A stretch of DNA of 49,417 bases from a virus (lineage: Duplodnaviria; Caudoviricetes): the IMG/VR virus record IMGVR_UViG_3300036783_000105, positions 1 through 49,417 of that record, one strand, 5' to 3'. The notes under the pieces were generated by a model. That model saw only the letters and a program-made list of their open reading frames with translations, did not search any database and had not been told where the DNA came from. Below, one piece after another: positions 35,287 to 46,819 of this stretch (its first letter is position 1; every line of letters begins with the position of its first letter). The translations under genes were made by a program, and so were the position numbers.

Positions 35287-35364
35287 GATTCTGCATGGCT
35301 GGGTTTTTCCTCCCTTCACATACCTGCTACTCTGTGTGCAAATTTTAATGATGGGGATAGGGAT

Positions 35365-35805
35365 GTGAGGAAATTATTACTGCTAATAACAGTAGTTACG
35401 ATGGCAGGTTGCGATGGTCAGGTCGAGAAAACCCCACAAAAACCAACTATAGCAAGCATGATCGCTAGTGGTAATGAAGAAAGAACGTCTGTTTGTGAAA
35501 AAGGTTCGGTATCACTTAAATGTGAATATTTGGCTGGTGACTTGCTTGGCTCAGGAAAGTGGCATCACGCGATTGTACATGTATCTCAAAGGGGAGAAGT
35601 CAGCCTTTCTATAGATAATGAAGCCTTTTATCAAACGGATGCTCGCAGCGGCTTCTTGAATGGAGTGAAATATGGGCATTTCGATTTCAAAGGATTGAAG
35701 AATTCAAAAGCAACAGTCAGCATCAGTAATTCAAACGAAGGATCTCGAATAAGCCTAGATGCCTGGGATGCAAATGAGAAAAAATTTATGACGGCATCAA
35801 ATTAG
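35365..35805 (+). CDS. Lipoprotein moron
   Basis: GTG start, RKLLLLITVVTMAGC lipobox; terminator 35837-35860. Confidence 0.8.
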   Translation: MRKLLLLITVVTMAGCDGQVEKTPQKPTIASMIASGNEERTSVCEKGSVSLKCEYLAGDLLGSGKWHHAIVHVSQRGEVSLSIDNEAFYQTDARSGFLNGVKYGHFDFKGLKNSKATVSISNSNEGSRISLDAWDANEKKFMTASN

Positions 35806-35877
35806 TTTTACGTTTTAACTTTATCGATTCTTATCAAACCCGCTTCGGCGGGTTTTTTATTTCCCGGAGAAAAGTAA

Positions 35878-38800
35878 ATGGCAGAACAAGAATCAAGACT
35901 AGCGATACGCCTGGATAGTTCCGGGGCAGAGAAGCAAGCCGATAGTCTGGTAGACGCTCTGGTAAAAATGACACGAGCAGGAGAGGAGGCTGAAAAAGCT
36001 GCTGACGATTTAGGTGATGCAACAAAAAAACTAAACTCCCGAATGAAGGATGGAGCAGCCGCAACAGGGAGGGCTACAAAGTTTACGGAAGAGCAACGAA
36101 TAGCATTTCGTGAACTTCGCGATCAGATTGATCCGGTAGGTGCTGCCATCGATAGGATTGGCAAAAAATATTCTGAACTCAAAGGATATTTTGACCGTGG
36201 TCAGATTGATCTTGAGGAGTATCGCACCTTAGCGAAAAACCTGGATGCTGCTACAAACGAGTTAACTGGTGTAGCGAAGGCAGAGCGTGAAGCTGCAAAG
36301 GCCGCTGATGAGCAAAAAGCCGCATTACAGCGCCTGGCTGCGCAGCTAGATCCTATCTCTGATGGTTTCCGAAAAATTGCAGACAACCAGAAGCTGCTGG
36401 ACAACGCAAAATCAAAAGGAATGCTCTCGGCAGAGCAATATGACTCGCTTTCAGGAAAATTAAAACAAATGAGGGGCGAGCTTGAACTGACTCAGGCCCA
36501 ACTCGGAAAAACAGGCATGTCTGCCAAACAAACAGCCTTCGCTATGCGCATGATCCCCGCACAGATGACGGATATCGTTGTCGGCCTGTCTACCGGGCAG
36601 TCTCCATTTATGGTTCTCATGCAGCAGGGCGGCCAACTTAAGGACATGTTCGGCGGTATTGGGCCAGCGATTAAAGGCGTTGGTGGATATGTGGTGGGGC
36701 TGATTAACCCCTTCACGTTGGCGGCTGCGGCGGTCGGTGTTCTTGGTCTGGCTTATTACAAAGGCTCTCATGAGCAGAATGAGTTTCAAAAATCGCTCAC
36801 ACTAACTGGTAATCTTGTTGGGAAAACATCCGGACAATTAGCAGATATAGCTGCTCGTGCTGCTATTGCTGCGGACTCTACAACTGGCAAAGCTGCATCA
36901 ACCCTAAATCAGTTGGTTTCATCGGGGAAGATCGCTGGAGATTCACTAGAGCGCGTGACGACCGCTATCGTTAAGACCAGTGACGCGACGGGTATTGCGA
37001 CCGATAAGCTGGTGAGCGACTTCAACGACATTGCCGCCGACCCGGTTGCAGCTATTACTAAGTTGAATGACCAGTATCACTTTCTGACTCTGGCAACTTA
37101 TAACCAGATTAAAGCTCTTCAGGATGAGGGTAATCAGCATGAGGCGGCGCGAGTAGCCAGTGAATCTTATTCCACTACGCTGATTCAGCGCTCTAATGAT
37201 ATTAAAGAGAATTTGGGATTACTTGAGTCCGCATGGGCCGCTCTTGGTAGAGGGGCGAAAAGCGCATGGGACGCGATGTTTGACGTTGGGCGTGAGAAAT
37301 CACTTGAGCAACTTTTAGCTGATGCTCAGAAGAGAGTAAAAAACTCCACTGCTGGCTATGAACGGGACATTTGGGGGAATGTAACAGGGCTGTCATCTCA
37401 GTCAAGTGCCGAAATTAATTTTCTGCAAAGTACTATCAATTTGCAGAATGATTTAAACGGAGCTAAAGCGGCTGGGCAACAACAACAGGATTTAGCAATA
37501 AAGTCTCAGGGTGAGTTCAATAAGTTAGTTGATGCCGGGCGCTCTGCGGCAGAAAAAAGGTTGAAAGTTGAATCCAGATTAAATCGACTTATTGCGCAGA
37601 ATAAGAAGGACGCTGAATTAGGCGTGTCCGTGTTATGGACGGCTGACGATATAGCAAAAGCTCGTGCCGGTATCGAAAAGCAGTACAAGGACCCAAAGAC
37701 TCCAAAAACTTCCAAAGGTAAAGCATACACCGAGGACGCAGCCACCCGACTACTGGACCAGATCAACCAGCAGACTGCCGCTATGCAGTCTCAACTGGAA
37801 TCCAGTGATAGGCTGAATAGCTCTACACAGGCACGCGTTAAGTTCGAACAGCAGATTGCCGATCTCAAGTCTAAAACCCAGCTTACAGCTGACCAGAAGT
37901 CTATTCTTTCCCGTTCTGAGGCAATCTTGCAGGCCTACAAGCAGCAGGAGGCGTTGCAGAACTCCGTTAAGACTTTGGACGATTACCGGAAAATGCAGGA
38001 GCAGGTAGCACCGAAGGAATTACGGCAAAATGAGACTTTGCAAAAACGTCTCGAAATTCTGCAAAAGATGGTCGATCTCAAAAAACTATCACCGGAGGAT
38101 GCCGGAAAGCAGGCAAGTGACCTGATTAGTAAATCCATACTGCCGGATTCCGTCATATCAGGGGTTAACAAGGCTGGTGGGACACTCACTTCAAGTGCAA
38201 CCAATAGCGACCTGACAGGGCAAGGCCTGAACATGATCGGGCTGCAAATCGATCCGCAGCTCGAAATCATTGAGAAGCTAAAACTTGCTCAGACTGATTA
38301 TGCTGCCTGGTTGAATCAGCAACAGCAGGCGATAACTCAGAGCACTGTATGGAATGAGGAGCAGAAGCAGCAACAGCTACTGGCCTTGCAGCAACAGGGC
38401 CAGCAGAACCTGGAGGCGTTAAACACGGCGGTGTACGTTGCTCAGATGCAATCCGCGCAAAACTCCTTCTCCAGTATCACCGACTCTATGGGGTCGATGT
38501 TCGGTGAGCAGTCCGCGATGTACAAAGCCGCCTTTGTAACACAGAAAGCATTCGCCATTGCGCAGGCTTCCCTGCAACTCCCTATGGCGATGGGGCAGGC
38601 ATTAGCCGGATTACCATTCCCGGCTAACCTTGCTGCCGTTGCTCAGGTTATCGGACTCATGGCATCAATTACTTCTAGCATAACCAGTGCTGCTGCTGTT
38701 GGCTTCGCCTCCGGCGGTTATACCGGTCCTGGCGGTAAGTATCAGCCTGCGGGTATTGTGCACAAAGGGGAATACGTTTTCGACCAGGCCTCAACGAACC

Positions 38801-39111
38801 GGATCGGCGTCACTCAACTTGAAGCATTGCGAAATGGTCAGCCGCTGGATGCGACACTAGGTCGTTCTGGTTTTGGTACCGGCGTTAAGAATGTCAGCAG
38901 TAGCCAGAGCAGCACGACGCAACACATTTCCATAAAACAGGACATTAACGCACAGGGGATGACCCCTGAGCAACTTGACGGCGTTTTGGCACAGAACAAC
39001 CGGAAACTTACACGGCAAATTAAAGGGGATTTGGCAAACGATGTGGCTAAACCTCAGGGTGTTTTTGGAAATGCTCTTAAAGGGAATTATGCGCGACAGG
39101 GACCAAGGTAG
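35878..39111 (+). CDS. Tail tape measure protein
   Basis: 1077 aa helical; lambda H-like [17 protein letters not shown]. Confidence 0.95.
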   Translation: MAEQESRLAIRLDSSGAEKQADSLVDALVKMTRAGEEAEKAADDLGDATKKLNSRMKDGAAATGRATKFTEEQRIAFRELRDQIDPVGAAIDRIGKKYSELKGYFDRGQIDLEEYRTLAKNLDAATNELTGVAKAEREAAKAADEQKAALQRLAAQLDPISDGFRKIADNQKLLDNAKSKGMLSAEQYDSLSGKLKQMRGELELTQAQLGKTGMSAKQTAFAMRMIPAQMTDIVVGLSTGQSPFMVLMQQGGQLKDMFGGIGPAIKGVGGYVVGLINPFTLAAAAVGVLGLAYYKGSHEQNEFQKSLTLTGNLVGKTSGQLADIAARAAIAADSTTGKAASTLNQLVSSGKIAGDSLERVTTAIVKTSDATGIATDKLVSDFNDIAADPVAAITKLNDQYHFLTLATYNQIKALQDEGNQHEAARVASESYSTTLIQRSNDIKENLGLLESAWAALGRGAKSAWDAMFDVGREKSLEQLLADAQKRVKNSTAGYERDIWGNVTGLSSQSSAEINFLQSTINLQNDLNGAKAAGQQQQDLAIKSQGEFNKLVDAGRSAAEKRLKVESRLNRLIAQNKKDAELGVSVLWTADDIAKARAGIEKQYKDPKTPKTSKGKAYTEDAATRLLDQINQQTAAMQSQLESSDRLNSSTQARVKFEQQIADLKSKTQLTADQKSILSRSEAILQAYKQQEALQNSVKTLDDYRKMQEQVAPKELRQNETLQKRLEILQKMVDLKKLSPEDAGKQASDLISKSILPDSVISGVNKAGGTLTSSATNSDLTGQGLNMIGLQIDPQLEIIEKLKLAQTDYAAWLNQQQQAITQSTVWNEEQKQQQLLALQQQGQQNLEALNTAVYVAQMQSAQNSFSSITDSMGSMFGEQSAMYKAAFVTQKAFAIAQASLQLPMAMGQALAGLPFPANLAAVAQVIGLMASITSSITSAAAVGFASGGYTGPGGKYQPAGIVHKGEYVFDQASTNRIGVTQLEALRNGQPLDATLGRSGFGTGVKNVSSSQSSTTQHISIKQDINAQGMTPEQLDGVLAQNNRKLTRQIKGDLANDVAKPQGVFGNALKGNYARQGPR

Positions 39112-39170
39112 TGGCCCGGCTTGTCCGACAAAACGAGTAATAAAGCCCGCCCTGCTGGGCGGGGATGTCC

Positions 39171-39398
39171 TCAGGAATCTTTTAACTCTGCCTCAAGGGA
39201 AATGACGGCTCTCTTAAGGAATTCGAGAGCATTTTTCTTTATCTCAGTGTTCAACTCTGCGCGCGAGTCGATAAATCTATCAACCCATACTTCCAGGTCG
39301 GCCATGTTTACGCCTTTGTCTTCACCAAGGTCTTCGTAGATTTGGAGCCAAAAGCCAGTCGCACCTTCGGTTCCATCGTGCTTTGTCCTGAAATCCAT
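39171..39398 (-). CDS. Small acidic moron protein
   Basis: GGAG RBS; hairpin at 39144-39163 downstream. Confidence 0.65.
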   Translation of the reverse strand: MDFRTKHDGTEGATGFWLQIYEDLGEDKGVNMADLEVWVDRFIDSRAELNTEIKKNALEFLKRAVISLEAELKDS

Positions 39399-39455
39399 AT
39401 TATCTCCAGAGGTTAACGGTGAAATTTTATTCTACATGCTTTTCAGGGGGAGGGT

Positions 39456-39929
39456 ATGCCCAACATCTACTATCCACATGATTACCTTCCGATGCCTTTG
39501 CAGGAGGGATATGGTTTTCAACCGATAAGCCCGTTAAAGAGAACTCAGCTTATATCAGGGCGAGTACGACAACGGCGAGCTTATAGCTCGACGCCAACCC
39601 AGGCCACTGTCGCATGGTTTATGGAAACGGACGCACAAGGATTGGCGTTCGAATCCTGGTTCAGAGATGCGCTTTCTGATGGTATGGCATGGTTCCAGAT
39701 GAGATTGCAGACACCTGCCGGGATTAAGTTCTACAAGTGCCGTTTCACGGATATTTACGAGGGGCCGACGCTGGTACCTCCGATTTACTGGAAATATTCG
39801 GCGACTCTGGAACTCTGGGAGCGTCCACTTATGCCTGCGCCATGGGGCAATTACCCGGAATGGATTGTCAGTAGCTCGTTGCTTGATATTGCACTTAATA
39901 AGGAGTGGCCTAAGCATGGAGATACTTGA
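39456..39929 (+). CDS. Distal tail protein (M-like)
   Basis: Position after TMP. Confidence 0.75.
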   Translation: MPNIYYPHDYLPMPLQEGYGFQPISPLKRTQLISGRVRQRRAYSSTPTQATVAWFMETDAQGLAFESWFRDALSDGMAWFQMRLQTPAGIKFYKCRFTDIYEGPTLVPPIYWKYSATLELWERPLMPAPWGNYPEWIVSSSLLDIALNKEWPKHGDT

Positions 39930-40398
39930 ACGGCTCTATGCCAGTAGCGGTTCGGAAGATATTTACGATACGCTGGAAATCACGGCAGGGGAGGAATCTT
40001 ACCGGCTGACTCAGGGTTACGACGATATAACGGTGACGCTGGAGAATGGAAATATAGCAACATTCGAAGCCTGCGCCGTGAGTATTGCACTGCCAGCACG
40101 CAATGCTGATGGCACGCAGGATCTAAAATTTGCCATCAGTAATATCGATGGCGTTGTTTCTGCTGCGATCGATAAATCACTCGATGAACAGAAATCGGCA
40201 AAACTCACTTTCAGACGGTATGTCTCCACGGATTTATCAGCCCCGGCAGCAGCACCCTATACCCTGGATATAAAAAGCGGTTCATGGACGGCAGTAGCCG
40301 TTCAGATTACGGCGGGTTATATGAACATCCTCGATACAGCCTGGCCCCGCTACCGATACAACCTCGCGGATCATCCCGGTCTGCGTTATCTGTCCTGA
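39916..40398 (+). CDS. Minor tail protein (DUF1833-like)
   Basis: Position in tail-tip module; LERLYAS. Confidence 0.75.
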   Translation: MEILERLYASSGSEDIYDTLEITAGEESYRLTQGYDDITVTLENGNIATFEACAVSIALPARNADGTQDLKFAISNIDGVVSAAIDKSLDEQKSAKLTFRRYVSTDLSAPAAAPYTLDIKSGSWTAVAVQITAGYMNILDTAWPRYRYNLADHPGLRYLS

Positions 40399-40407
40399 GG
40401 TTTTCCA

Positions 40408-40788
40408 ATGTTTCAACCTGATAAATATCTTTCAGTCAAATGGCTGAAGGGCGGTCGTACTTACCCTGAACTTGACTGTTTCGGCATTGTGAATGAAATC
40501 CGTGCAGATCTCGGACTGCCCCTCTGGCCTGATTTTGCAGGAGTAACCAAAGACGGCGGCGGCCTGGACCGTGAGGCCAGAAAACTGATGTTATCGCTGG
40601 AACGTTGTGAGCCTTGCGAGGGGGCTGGGGTGGCCTGTTATAGCGGCTCAGTGGTGACGCATGTCGGTATCGTGGTCTGGCTGGATAACCAGCTTCAGGT
40701 TGCCGAGTGTAATCACGGCACTAACGTTACGTTTCTCCCCCTCAATCGTTTTATTCGTCGATTTTACCGTGTGGAGTTCTGGCGATAA
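40408..40788 (+). CDS. NlpC/P60-like tail assembly protein
   Basis: GGR..P.LDCFG and HVGI motifs. Confidence 0.8.
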   Translation: MFQPDKYLSVKWLKGGRTYPELDCFGIVNEIRADLGLPLWPDFAGVTKDGGGLDREARKLMLSLERCEPCEGAGVACYSGSVVTHVGIVVWLDNQLQVAECNHGTNVTFLPLNRFIRRFYRVEFWR

Positions 40789-43700
40789 TGACTATCCGAT
40801 TTTATCCGTCACGCCTGCCTGGTGAACCGCTGGCGCAGCGTGAACACGCAGCAATGACCCTACATGACTGGCTGAGGAAAAATGTTACCAGCTATACGCT
40901 CGACAGGACTCACCCGATCACCGTGGACATCAACGGGCGAAACGTACCGCCATCTGAATGGCCCCTGTGTTTTATGCAGCCCGACAGCGATGTTCGTATT
41001 TATCCCGTTCCGTACGGTACGGGGGCAGAAATAGCCGCATGGGTGGCCCTTGGTGTTGCAGTGGCATCAGCCGCCTACAGCATCATCATGATGTCACAGT
41101 TGGGTAAATCAGGGGCGTCAACGGCTAACGGTGACCAGCTTGATTTATCACCAGCTAAAGCAAACTCCGCGAAACTGGGGAATCCTGTTCGCGAGGTCTT
41201 CGGTCGATGCAAAGTTTATCCTGATTATCTTGTCCAGCCTGTCAGCCGGTTCGACCCGGATGATCCGCAGGTATACCGCACTGAGATGTTTTTATCCGTG
41301 GCTTATGGCGAGTACGCTGATTTTCGCAATGCTGTGAAAATTGGTAATACACCGCTTTCCGCCTTCGGGGATGATGCCAGCATAACGATTTATCCTCCCG
41401 GAGCTGATGTTAGCGGCGACCGCAGGGCGGATAACTGGTTTAACTCGACAGAAGTCGGTGGCACCAATTCAGGTACAGCGGGCCTTGACCTCGCATCGAC
41501 GGGGCCGGATAACGTGAGCATCAGCGCTGATGCCGTTGCTGTTTCCGGGGATGCAATCTCGCTTATCGGGCAGACCTCAGATGATGATGAGGATGACGAC
41601 ACGTCGATCCCTGAGTCATGGAGTGAGGGAACCATCATTACGGTTGTGGCGCCAGACACGTTTACCGTTGGTCATGATAGCGGTCGTAACATCATTATGG
41701 GCGACTTCGCAGAGCTGAACCCGTCTGTGGGGCAGGCGGTGAGCCTGCACTGGACGAATTACGATTATGATCTGTTTGTTTCGTCTTATACGCCCGGTTC
41801 TCCGGCTGTTCCCGGCGTGGGTGGTTCGGCGGCGTCCCTTACGGCTTCGGCAGCGCCAGCGACATATGACTTTAGCAGCTCTCCGGTTTCCTTCACGCTG
41901 AACTGGGCAGGGTCCAGCTATGTCATTGCATTGTCAGCGAACTACATCACCATGCCCTCTTTGCTTGATGCCATTACCGACCAGTTAACTGGCTCAGGCC
42001 TTATTGCCCGCGATAACGGTACCCGCATACAGATAACTGAAAAAAACAGCCCGTACAGCGGTAACAGTATCGCTTACACCGTATTGCCGTTAGCGGTCTT
42101 TGGTGATGCGCCCGTAAACGTTGCGGGCGTGGCATCCACTGGCGGGACGCCGGAAGTGTTACCTGCTATCACTCTGGCGTGGGGTAGTGCTACAGGGACC
42201 GCTTTCTCAGGTATTCCTGACGGTATACAGCGAATAGCCCTGAGTACGCGGGGGGACCAGTACCAGATCAGTTCTGTTGATGGTCTGACGATTACCGTCA
42301 GCAGGCTGATGGAGGACAGCGGCGGTAATCTGGTGTTGGATACTGGCTGGACTGGTTTCACTCCCCGTACGCTGCTCGATGCCAGTGTCACAGGGGTGAA
42401 TGACTCATTCGACTGGATGGGGCCGTTCTTGTGCTGCCCGGACGGGGAAACTACCACAGAGGTGGAGCTTAATTTCTCCTATCCGCAGGGGCTGGTGGAT
42501 ATTGGCAGCAAGGACGGGAAAATTCACTGGCACGATGTGCAGTTAACGGTGCAATACCGGCTCTCAGGTTCGACGGACTGGACATCGGTTGTGATAAAAC
42601 ACGGGAATAATACGGTGAACATGATCGGCTATACCGAGAGGATCATTTTCCCCCAGCCCGGCAACTATGAGATTCGCGTCAAGCGGGACACGCCTGTGTG
42701 GGGCGGGACGACGCGCGATTCTGTGCAGTGGCAATCTCTGAAAGCCAGGTTGCCCGCCCGTCCGACCCGGTATCAGAATATCACCACAATGGGGATTACC
42801 CTGAGAACTGGCGCTCGTCTGGCGTCTCAGTCCGATCGCCGTGTGAGTGCGGTCATTACCCGACTGTATGACGGCAGTCCGTCACGCAGTATTTCGGGTG
42901 GGTATTACTACCTTGCCCGCAGTCTGGGTTACAGCGACAGTCAGATTGATATGGCGGCCATTAACCATCTGGAGGCAACGTACTGGACCCCACGCGGTGA
43001 GACGTTCGATTATGTGGCAGACAGCGACAGCACATCAGCAAAGGATGTTTTCGATCGCATCACTGAGGCGGGGATGGGCTACTTCCTTCTGTCAGACGGA
43101 AAGATTTCTGCTGGTAGGGAAGGGGTGAAGAGCTGGGCCGGGATCATCACTCCGCAGGAAATGACTGAGGAAATGCAGACCACTTTCCGCGCGGTGACTG
43201 ATGATGATTTCGACGGTGTGGACGTGAAGTACACCAACCCCACCACCTGGGCAGAGGAGACGGTACAGTGCCGGATGCCTGATAATCCGGTACCGCGCAA
43301 AATTGAGTCTTACACCATCGATATGGTGATGAGTGCCGATCGCGCCTGGCGTATTGGTATGCGCCGCCTGATGAAGCATATCCACCAACGGCGAACCTAC
43401 TCAACATCCACAGAGATGGATGCCTGGTGCTATCAGTACAGCGACCGCCTGGTGCTGGCCAATGATATTCCAACCTCTGGAACTATCAGTTGCCTGATAG
43501 AAGCCATGACGTATGACGACACCACTATTACTTTACGGGTCTCTGAGCCGCTGAATCGCGGTTACGAAAATCCGCGCTGCTGGATACGTTTTCAGGACGG
43601 CAAAGTTTCGCGTCTGCTGGTACCCACAGTAATCAACGATTATATGCTGACCGTACCCTACAGCGCGGATCTTGAGCCTGAATACTGGATTTATGACAAT

Positions 43701-43874
43701 CCGAGCGTTGAGCCGCTAACACTGTTGTTTTGTCAAAGCGAACAAAGCGCAAGACATGGATTAGTCGCTGAAATTGCGCCGTCAGACGATGGGACTTTTC
43801 AGGTTACCGCCCCGGAATACAAAGACATTTTTTATCAGTACGACGACGCCACATACCCCGGCGACGCCGCTTAA
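40788..43874 (+). CDS. Central tail/host-specificity protein (J-like)
   Basis: 1028 aa at end of tail-tip module. Confidence 0.85.
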   Translation: MTIRFYPSRLPGEPLAQREHAAMTLHDWLRKNVTSYTLDRTHPITVDINGRNVPPSEWPLCFMQPDSDVRIYPVPYGTGAEIAAWVALGVAVASAAYSIIMMSQLGKSGASTANGDQLDLSPAKANSAKLGNPVREVFGRCKVYPDYLVQPVSRFDPDDPQVYRTEMFLSVAYGEYADFRNAVKIGNTPLSAFGDDASITIYPPGADVSGDRRADNWFNSTEVGGTNSGTAGLDLASTGPDNVSISADAVAVSGDAISLIGQTSDDDEDDDTSIPESWSEGTIITVVAPDTFTVGHDSGRNIIMGDFAELNPSVGQAVSLHWTNYDYDLFVSSYTPGSPAVPGVGGSAASLTASAAPATYDFSSSPVSFTLNWAGSSYVIALSANYITMPSLLDAITDQLTGSGLIARDNGTRIQITEKNSPYSGNSIAYTVLPLAVFGDAPVNVAGVASTGGTPEVLPAITLAWGSATGTAFSGIPDGIQRIALSTRGDQYQISSVDGLTITVSRLMEDSGGNLVLDTGWTGFTPRTLLDASVTGVNDSFDWMGPFLCCPDGETTTEVELNFSYPQGLVDIGSKDGKIHWHDVQLTVQYRLSGSTDWTSVVIKHGNNTVNMIGYTERIIFPQPGNYEIRVKRDTPVWGGTTRDSVQWQSLKARLPARPTRYQNITTMGITLRTGARLASQSDRRVSAVITRLYDGSPSRSISGGYYYLARSLGYSDSQIDMAAINHLEATYWTPRGETFDYVADSDSTSAKDVFDRITEAGMGYFLLSDGKISAGREGVKSWAGIITPQEMTEEMQTTFRAVTDDDFDGVDVKYTNPTTWAEETVQCRMPDNPVPRKIESYTIDMVMSADRAWRIGMRRLMKHIHQRRTYSTSTEMDAWCYQYSDRLVLANDIPTSGTISCLIEAMTYDDTTITLRVSEPLNRGYENPRCWIRFQDGKVSRLLVPTVINDYMLTVPYSADLEPEYWIYDNPSVEPLTLLFCQSEQSARHGLVAEIAPSDDGTFQVTAPEYKDIFYQYDDATYPGDAA

Positions 43875-43952
43875 AACCACAAAAATCTCCCTTTCAACTT
43901 TCTTTCGCTCAAACCCTCGTTTGTGCGAACGCTATTTTTTGGAGCAAAAAAC

Positions 43953-45428
43953 ATGGCAGCAGATGACCTGAATCCGCCGCTGGGCACGACCACACCTGAA
44001 GTATTTTTCGATAACGTCAAACGAGCCGATCGGCTGGTAAATGGCCCAGCGGCAACGGTTGATGACCGTGGCGGAAAACCGTTAGACACCTGGCGCCAGA
44101 TGATGGCGAAAAACGATGAGATCCGGCAGAACATCATTCCGTTGAGCCGCCAGTACATGACGCTTGAGGCGGCCCAGGCAGATATCGCGAACATTCCACC
44201 AGGCTCAACAACTTATGTACGCAGCCCTGATGGAAGTGCGCTGGCTATTGAATACATGAATGTAGATGGAACGCTGCAACCAACCGGCCGCGCCATGGCC
44301 TCAAAAGAATATATTGATGAAATTAAAAGTTACATCCCGTTATTGAATAGGACGCAATATTGGGGCGGAGTAATTGCAGCTGATAAAACGATTGGTGTTG
44401 CTTTCAGAATAAGCGATAACAGACCAATATTCGGCAACGGTGGCGATATAGTTGGACGGATTGAAAAGCTGGAACAGATTAATCCGATCGTTACGGAGAT
44501 AGCGCACGCATGGGGCAATAGTAAAACAGCAGGTACTGGTGGCACCCCTTATCCGACCCAGCTTGCCGAATTAATTGGCGATGATTTCACCGCCATCAAC
44601 TACGGTATAGGTGGACAAAAATCCGGCCAGATTGCTATGCGCATGGGGGCTGTACAAACATTCCTGACATTAAATGGGGATGCTATCCCTGCTGCTAATG
44701 GAGTAGTTACAATTACGCAGATTAATGGAGTCAGTGCCACTGCCGCGCCAACATACCCCAGTCAGGACGTGCGGCTGCTGAGCACCACTGCGGATAATGT
44801 TACCAGGACTATAGACGGATGGTTATGCGGTGTGAAATGCCGGATAACACGCACTGCAAGCGGGGATAATAATAATACTAAAGTCGAGGTTTATACACTG
44901 ACAGCATTAACCGGTAGCGGAGTTCGTTGTCTGCCGGGGTCGCTGTTTGTACCTGACTATGCAATGCAGGACTACTCAAACGTTGAGGCATGGATAGATG
45001 CAGGAATTAATGATTTCCGCTCTGGCACTGATGCAGACTTAACTGATGACGTTGAAGCTATCAGGCGGAATGTTGATGCAATGGTAGATTTTGCGGAACG
45101 TAACAAGCGTCCTATTATTTTGCTCAGCCTCACCGCTGATAATTACTCTACAGAATTAAGAGGTGGCATTAGATACGAAAAAATTCTTGAGTTAAATTAT
45201 TACTGGTCCAAAAAATATCCTAATTATTATGCAAGAGGAAATAATGGCTTAGATTTGCGCGAAACCCTTGTTGCTAATTACAATCCTGCAAACTCTCAGG
45301 ATGTTATTGATTATGGGAATGATATTACGCCTTCATCTTTGCGCAGTGATGATCGCCATCCTAATACCACTGGCTATGGAATATATGCTTCGGTGGCTTA
45401 TGAATTTCGGGAAAGGAGAGGTTATTAA
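43953..45428 (+). CDS. Tailspike with SGNH-hydrolase domain
   Basis: Phage anchor N-terminus then WGNS, NYGIGG, GIND, DDRHPN..GY blocks. Confidence 0.8.
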   Translation: MAADDLNPPLGTTTPEVFFDNVKRADRLVNGPAATVDDRGGKPLDTWRQMMAKNDEIRQNIIPLSRQYMTLEAAQADIANIPPGSTTYVRSPDGSALAIEYMNVDGTLQPTGRAMASKEYIDEIKSYIPLLNRTQYWGGVIAADKTIGVAFRISDNRPIFGNGGDIVGRIEKLEQINPIVTEIAHAWGNSKTAGTGGTPYPTQLAELIGDDFTAINYGIGGQKSGQIAMRMGAVQTFLTLNGDAIPAANGVVTITQINGVSATAAPTYPSQDVRLLSTTADNVTRTIDGWLCGVKCRITRTASGDNNNTKVEVYTLTALTGSGVRCLPGSLFVPDYAMQDYSNVEAWIDAGINDFRSGTDADLTDDVEAIRRNVDAMVDFAERNKRPIILLSLTADNYSTELRGGIRYEKILELNYYWSKKYPNYYARGNNGLDLRETLVANYNPANSQDVIDYGNDITPSSLRSDDRHPNTTGYGIYASVAYEFRERRGY

Positions 45429-45429
45429 T

Positions 45430-46275
45430 ATGGCACGTTTTTTAAAATCAGACTCATCACCGCAAAGTAGCGGAGATAATCCCATTTATCTTGAAAGTGA
45501 CCCGATAATTATTCGCGGTGAAACTCTCGGATTGCTGGATTTCAGTAATGATCAATGTTATTCAGGCGGCAGCCCGGTCCCGGCGTATGCCAATCTGAAA
45601 AATCTTGTATATGGTGGCACAAATGCGATAAACGGGCCAGCAGCCAGAACGCTTGAAACCGGCATGTTGAAATTCACTGGTGCAGAGACGGCAACTACTG
45701 ATTATGTCACGCTCCCGACAGATGAATTTTCCATACCGGCAGGCTGCAAGTGTGCGCTCGTTAGCGTTGCACTAAAACTTCCTGCATCAGGTTACGGAAC
45801 GCCTGCAGGTACGCGCTATCCGATGTTTTTTGGCAGGATGAATAACACTTCGGCGGCTAACGTAAACTTCGGCATATGGGGGATTGTGAGCACTGCCGGG
45901 GTGCTCCAGTCAGTCCAGGGAGCCGCAATGGGTAGCGTTGCTATTTCTGCAACAGCACAGCTTGCGCTTTTGACTGATGGCAACGTCCACGTGGTGTCTA
46001 TATACGCCGATGGAGAGACGAATCCCGGTGTTCTAATCACACGCATTTACGTAGATAACATTCTGGTTGCTACAGCTACAAATAGTGCGTGGGATGGCGT
46101 TGTGCCGCAGCCAACAAATTTACCACGTATCGGCAGCTATCCGGCAACAATCCACGGCCCGTGGAACGGTCAAATGGTGGGGCGCCCGATGGTGATGAAC
46201 ATGACAGGAAAATCGACGGTGGCGACTGATATCATTGCGCAGTCTGTTGAATTGGCTAAAAAATACCTCGTGTAG
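45430..46275 (+). CDS. Beta-rich tailspike-associated protein (possible lectin-like fold)
   Basis: 1 nt after spike stop; HVVSI...RIYVDN LamG-like pattern. Confidence 0.6.
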   Translation: MARFLKSDSSPQSSGDNPIYLESDPIIIRGETLGLLDFSNDQCYSGGSPVPAYANLKNLVYGGTNAINGPAARTLETGMLKFTGAETATTDYVTLPTDEFSIPAGCKCALVSVALKLPASGYGTPAGTRYPMFFGRMNNTSAANVNFGIWGIVSTAGVLQSVQGAAMGSVAISATAQLALLTDGNVHVVSIYADGETNPGVLITRIYVDNILVATATNSAWDGVVPQPTNLPRIGSYPATIHGPWNGQMVGRPMVMNMTGKSTVATDIIAQSVELAKKYLV

Positions 46276-46286
46276 TGGAGGGTAGA

Positions 46287-46469
46287 ATGGCAATCACGTA
46301 TCTGTCAAACCTTAAAATAGAGAATGAAATAGATGGCTCAGTAACTCATCTTTTTGATGTAAATGGAGTCATTTATGGAGTCGTAGACTCTGGCGGGCAG
46401 CAGTATGTTGTTGACAGCGATTATGCCCCCACATCTGACTATTCTGTCAGCGATCTTCCGCTTCCATGA
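46287..46469 (+). CDS. Small acidic hypothetical protein
   Basis: GGAGG RBS; 60 aa. Confidence 0.6.
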   Translation: MAITYLSNLKIENEIDGSVTHLFDVNGVIYGVVDSGGQQYVVDSDYAPTSDYSVSDLPLP

Positions 46470-46518
46470 GATATCAATCGGTTGCTGCTGTCACAATAAT
46501 TGATAGCCGCAGCCTTTC

Positions 46519-46559
46519 TTGATCTTCTCTCTCAATGAAATTACTGTATACATAAACAG
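46519..46559 (+). promoter_or_regulatory. SOS promoter with LexA box
   Basis: TTGATC-N17-TACTGT overlapped by CTGTATACATAAACAG (46544-46559). Confidence 0.88.
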
Positions 46560-46579
46560 TATTTATGAGAGGGAAGATC

Positions 46580-46819
46580 ATGCTTCGACAATCAGACATC
46601 ACAGAGGCCTTTCGTGAGTCGATTCTTCGTGACTCACGGGGCTACCAGTACCTGCACACGCGAGATTTTATTTCCTCGCTTCTGCAGCGTGACATCCACT
46701 TTTCATACTCGGAAGCCAACCGGTGGATAGAACGCTATCAGTTTTGCTTTGCTGACAAAACCCCAACCCACACAGAAAACCGTCTGTGGATTTTGCGCAA
46801 CATGGGGAGGATTATGTAA
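46580..46819 (+). CDS. SOS-inducible small phage protein
   Basis: 79 aa directly after LexA box. Confidence 0.75.
   Translation: MLRQSDITEAFRESILRDSRGYQYLHTRDFISSLLQRDIHFSYSEANRWIERYQFCFADKTPTHTENRLWILRNMGRIM

Noticed and set aside
35018-35296. 92-aa ORF (Ash-like region) as a protein gene
   Set aside because: Begins upstream of the promoter and spans the c4 RNA and its targets; translation of a shorter part is not excluded
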